The position numbers were made by a program, and so were the translations under genes. Positions 62,900 to 64,000 of a stretch of DNA of 64,000 bases are shown here, piece after piece (within the stretch, counting starts at the first letter, position 1; the number at the start of each line of letters is the position of its first letter). Where the stretch lies: assembly GCF_963921235.1 (NCBI RefSeq), contig NC_086097.1:84198001-84262000 (forward strand), in the 5' to 3' direction. Below the pieces are notes generated by a model. That model saw nothing but the letters and a program-made list of their open reading frames with translations. It searched no databases and was not told the DNA's origin. This DNA comes from Mobula hypostoma. Lineage: Eukaryota.

Positions 62900-63050
62900 A
62901 TACAATTCAGCTGAAAATAGTACAAATGCTCAGCAGGTCAGCCAGCATCCATGGAAAGAGAAACAGAGTTCGCATTCACATTTCAAGTGTTAATTCTTTC
63001 CACAAATGTCTGTATGATTTATTGAGAGCTTCTAATATTTTCTGTTTTGC
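62900..63050. mobile_element. Inverted pair of decayed Penelope-like termini
   Basis: CTCAGCAGGTCAGCCAGCATCCATGGAAAGAGAAAC is followed by the loosely complementary TCTTTCCACAAATGTCTG...TTGAG. Confidence 0.5.
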
Positions 63051-63064
63051 CTGGAAAAGCATTT

Positions 63065-63710
63065 CAGTGATGAGGAGAGACTGAATAAGCTGGGCTTGTT
63101 TTCCTCAGAGCAGAAGAGGCTGATTGAGGGGGTGACCTCAGAGATGCGGGATCAGTCTTCTGGAGACTGATTGAATGGTTCCCTAGCATATTAAAATAGA
63201 CTCTTGACCTCACAATATACCTTCTGATCTTGCACCTCATTGTCTACCTGTACTGCACTTTCTTTGTAGCTGTTACACATAATTCTGCGTTCTGTTAATG
63301 TTACTGCCTTGATGCACTGTGAAGTAAATAATCTGTATAAGCAAGAAGCAAGACAAGGTTTTCAGTGTACCTCAGTATGTGACAATAATAAACCTATTCC
63401 AATTCCATTGAACACAAAATTATAAGGGGCATAGATAGGTAGATAGGAAAAGTATCGAAAAGTAGAATTCATTGGTTTAGGGTAATATTTAAGAAGTTTA
63501 GAGCGGATGTGAGGAAGAAATTTCTCACCCTAAGAAAGGGTTGGAATCTGTATGAGTGGATAGTGAAGACAATTCCTCTCTCAATATTTAAGTATCTGGC
63601 TGAGTACTTCAGTTGCCAATGCATAGATGGGTTGAGATCTAGTGCTTGTAAATGGTCTATTATAGATAAGCACTTGATAGTCCTCTGGGAATATGGCTAT
63701 ACCTGAAGAG
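63065..63710 (+). mobile_element. Old CR1 3' remnant interrupted by a Rex1/Babar tail (about 63170-63408)
   Basis: ERLNKLGLFSSEQKRL, then after the insert KIIRGIDRVD and RKKFLT. The insert ends GACAATAATAAACCTATTCCAATTCC. Confidence 0.65.
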
Positions 63711-63756
63711 ATCTCATTGGTGTAAAATGCTAACTCTGTTCCTTTTGCTAAAGAAG

Positions 63757-63760
<4 letters not shown>

Positions 63761-63835
<75 letters not shown>
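63761..63835. repeat. Compound (CT)n(CA)n microsatellite
   Basis: Read directly from the sequence. Confidence 0.95.
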
Positions 63836-63837
<2 letters not shown>

Positions 63838-64000
63838 CCCGAGTATATCCTGTATTTTCTACTTTCGTTTCAGACTTCCAACATCAACAGTCATTTGCTT
63901 TTGGAAACGTGCTCATGGTTTTGTTTTATGCTTTTGCTTGGATACCACTCTTGTGTCAGGTTGTTTGATCACTGTGCAAATACAGCTGACCTTCTCATCT

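Overview
This is eukaryotic, vertebrate-type DNA. The repeat complement (CR1, RTE, Rex1/Babar, L1, Penelope-like termini, tRNA-type SINEs, Tigger) points to a cartilaginous fish, probably a ray; that is an inference. I found no recognisable host protein-coding gene, tRNA/rRNA gene or CRISPR array. Every ORF I could identify is a transposon relic. Most of the window is a mosaic of nested, mostly decayed elements: a young RTE LINE (16.5-18.9 kb), a near full-length old CR1 split by a young antisense CR1 (53.8-58.4 kb), a solo LTR split by an L1, a Tigger4-like element inside a Tigger MITE, and a Gypsy integrase relic. A repeat-poor, CpG-rich block at about 28.5-33.7 kb holds a promoter-like cluster (two CCAATCA boxes, a GC box, TATA-like motifs) with outward-facing splice donors, suggesting a bidirectional promoter. 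The most notable structure is a TSD-flanked inverted pair of Penelope-like termini at 26.1-26.7 kb, each arm carrying a minimal (dimer-type) hammerhead ribozyme motif. A 30-bp minisatellite grown from a SINE 3' tail is also notable. Family names come from manual motif recognition, not database searches.
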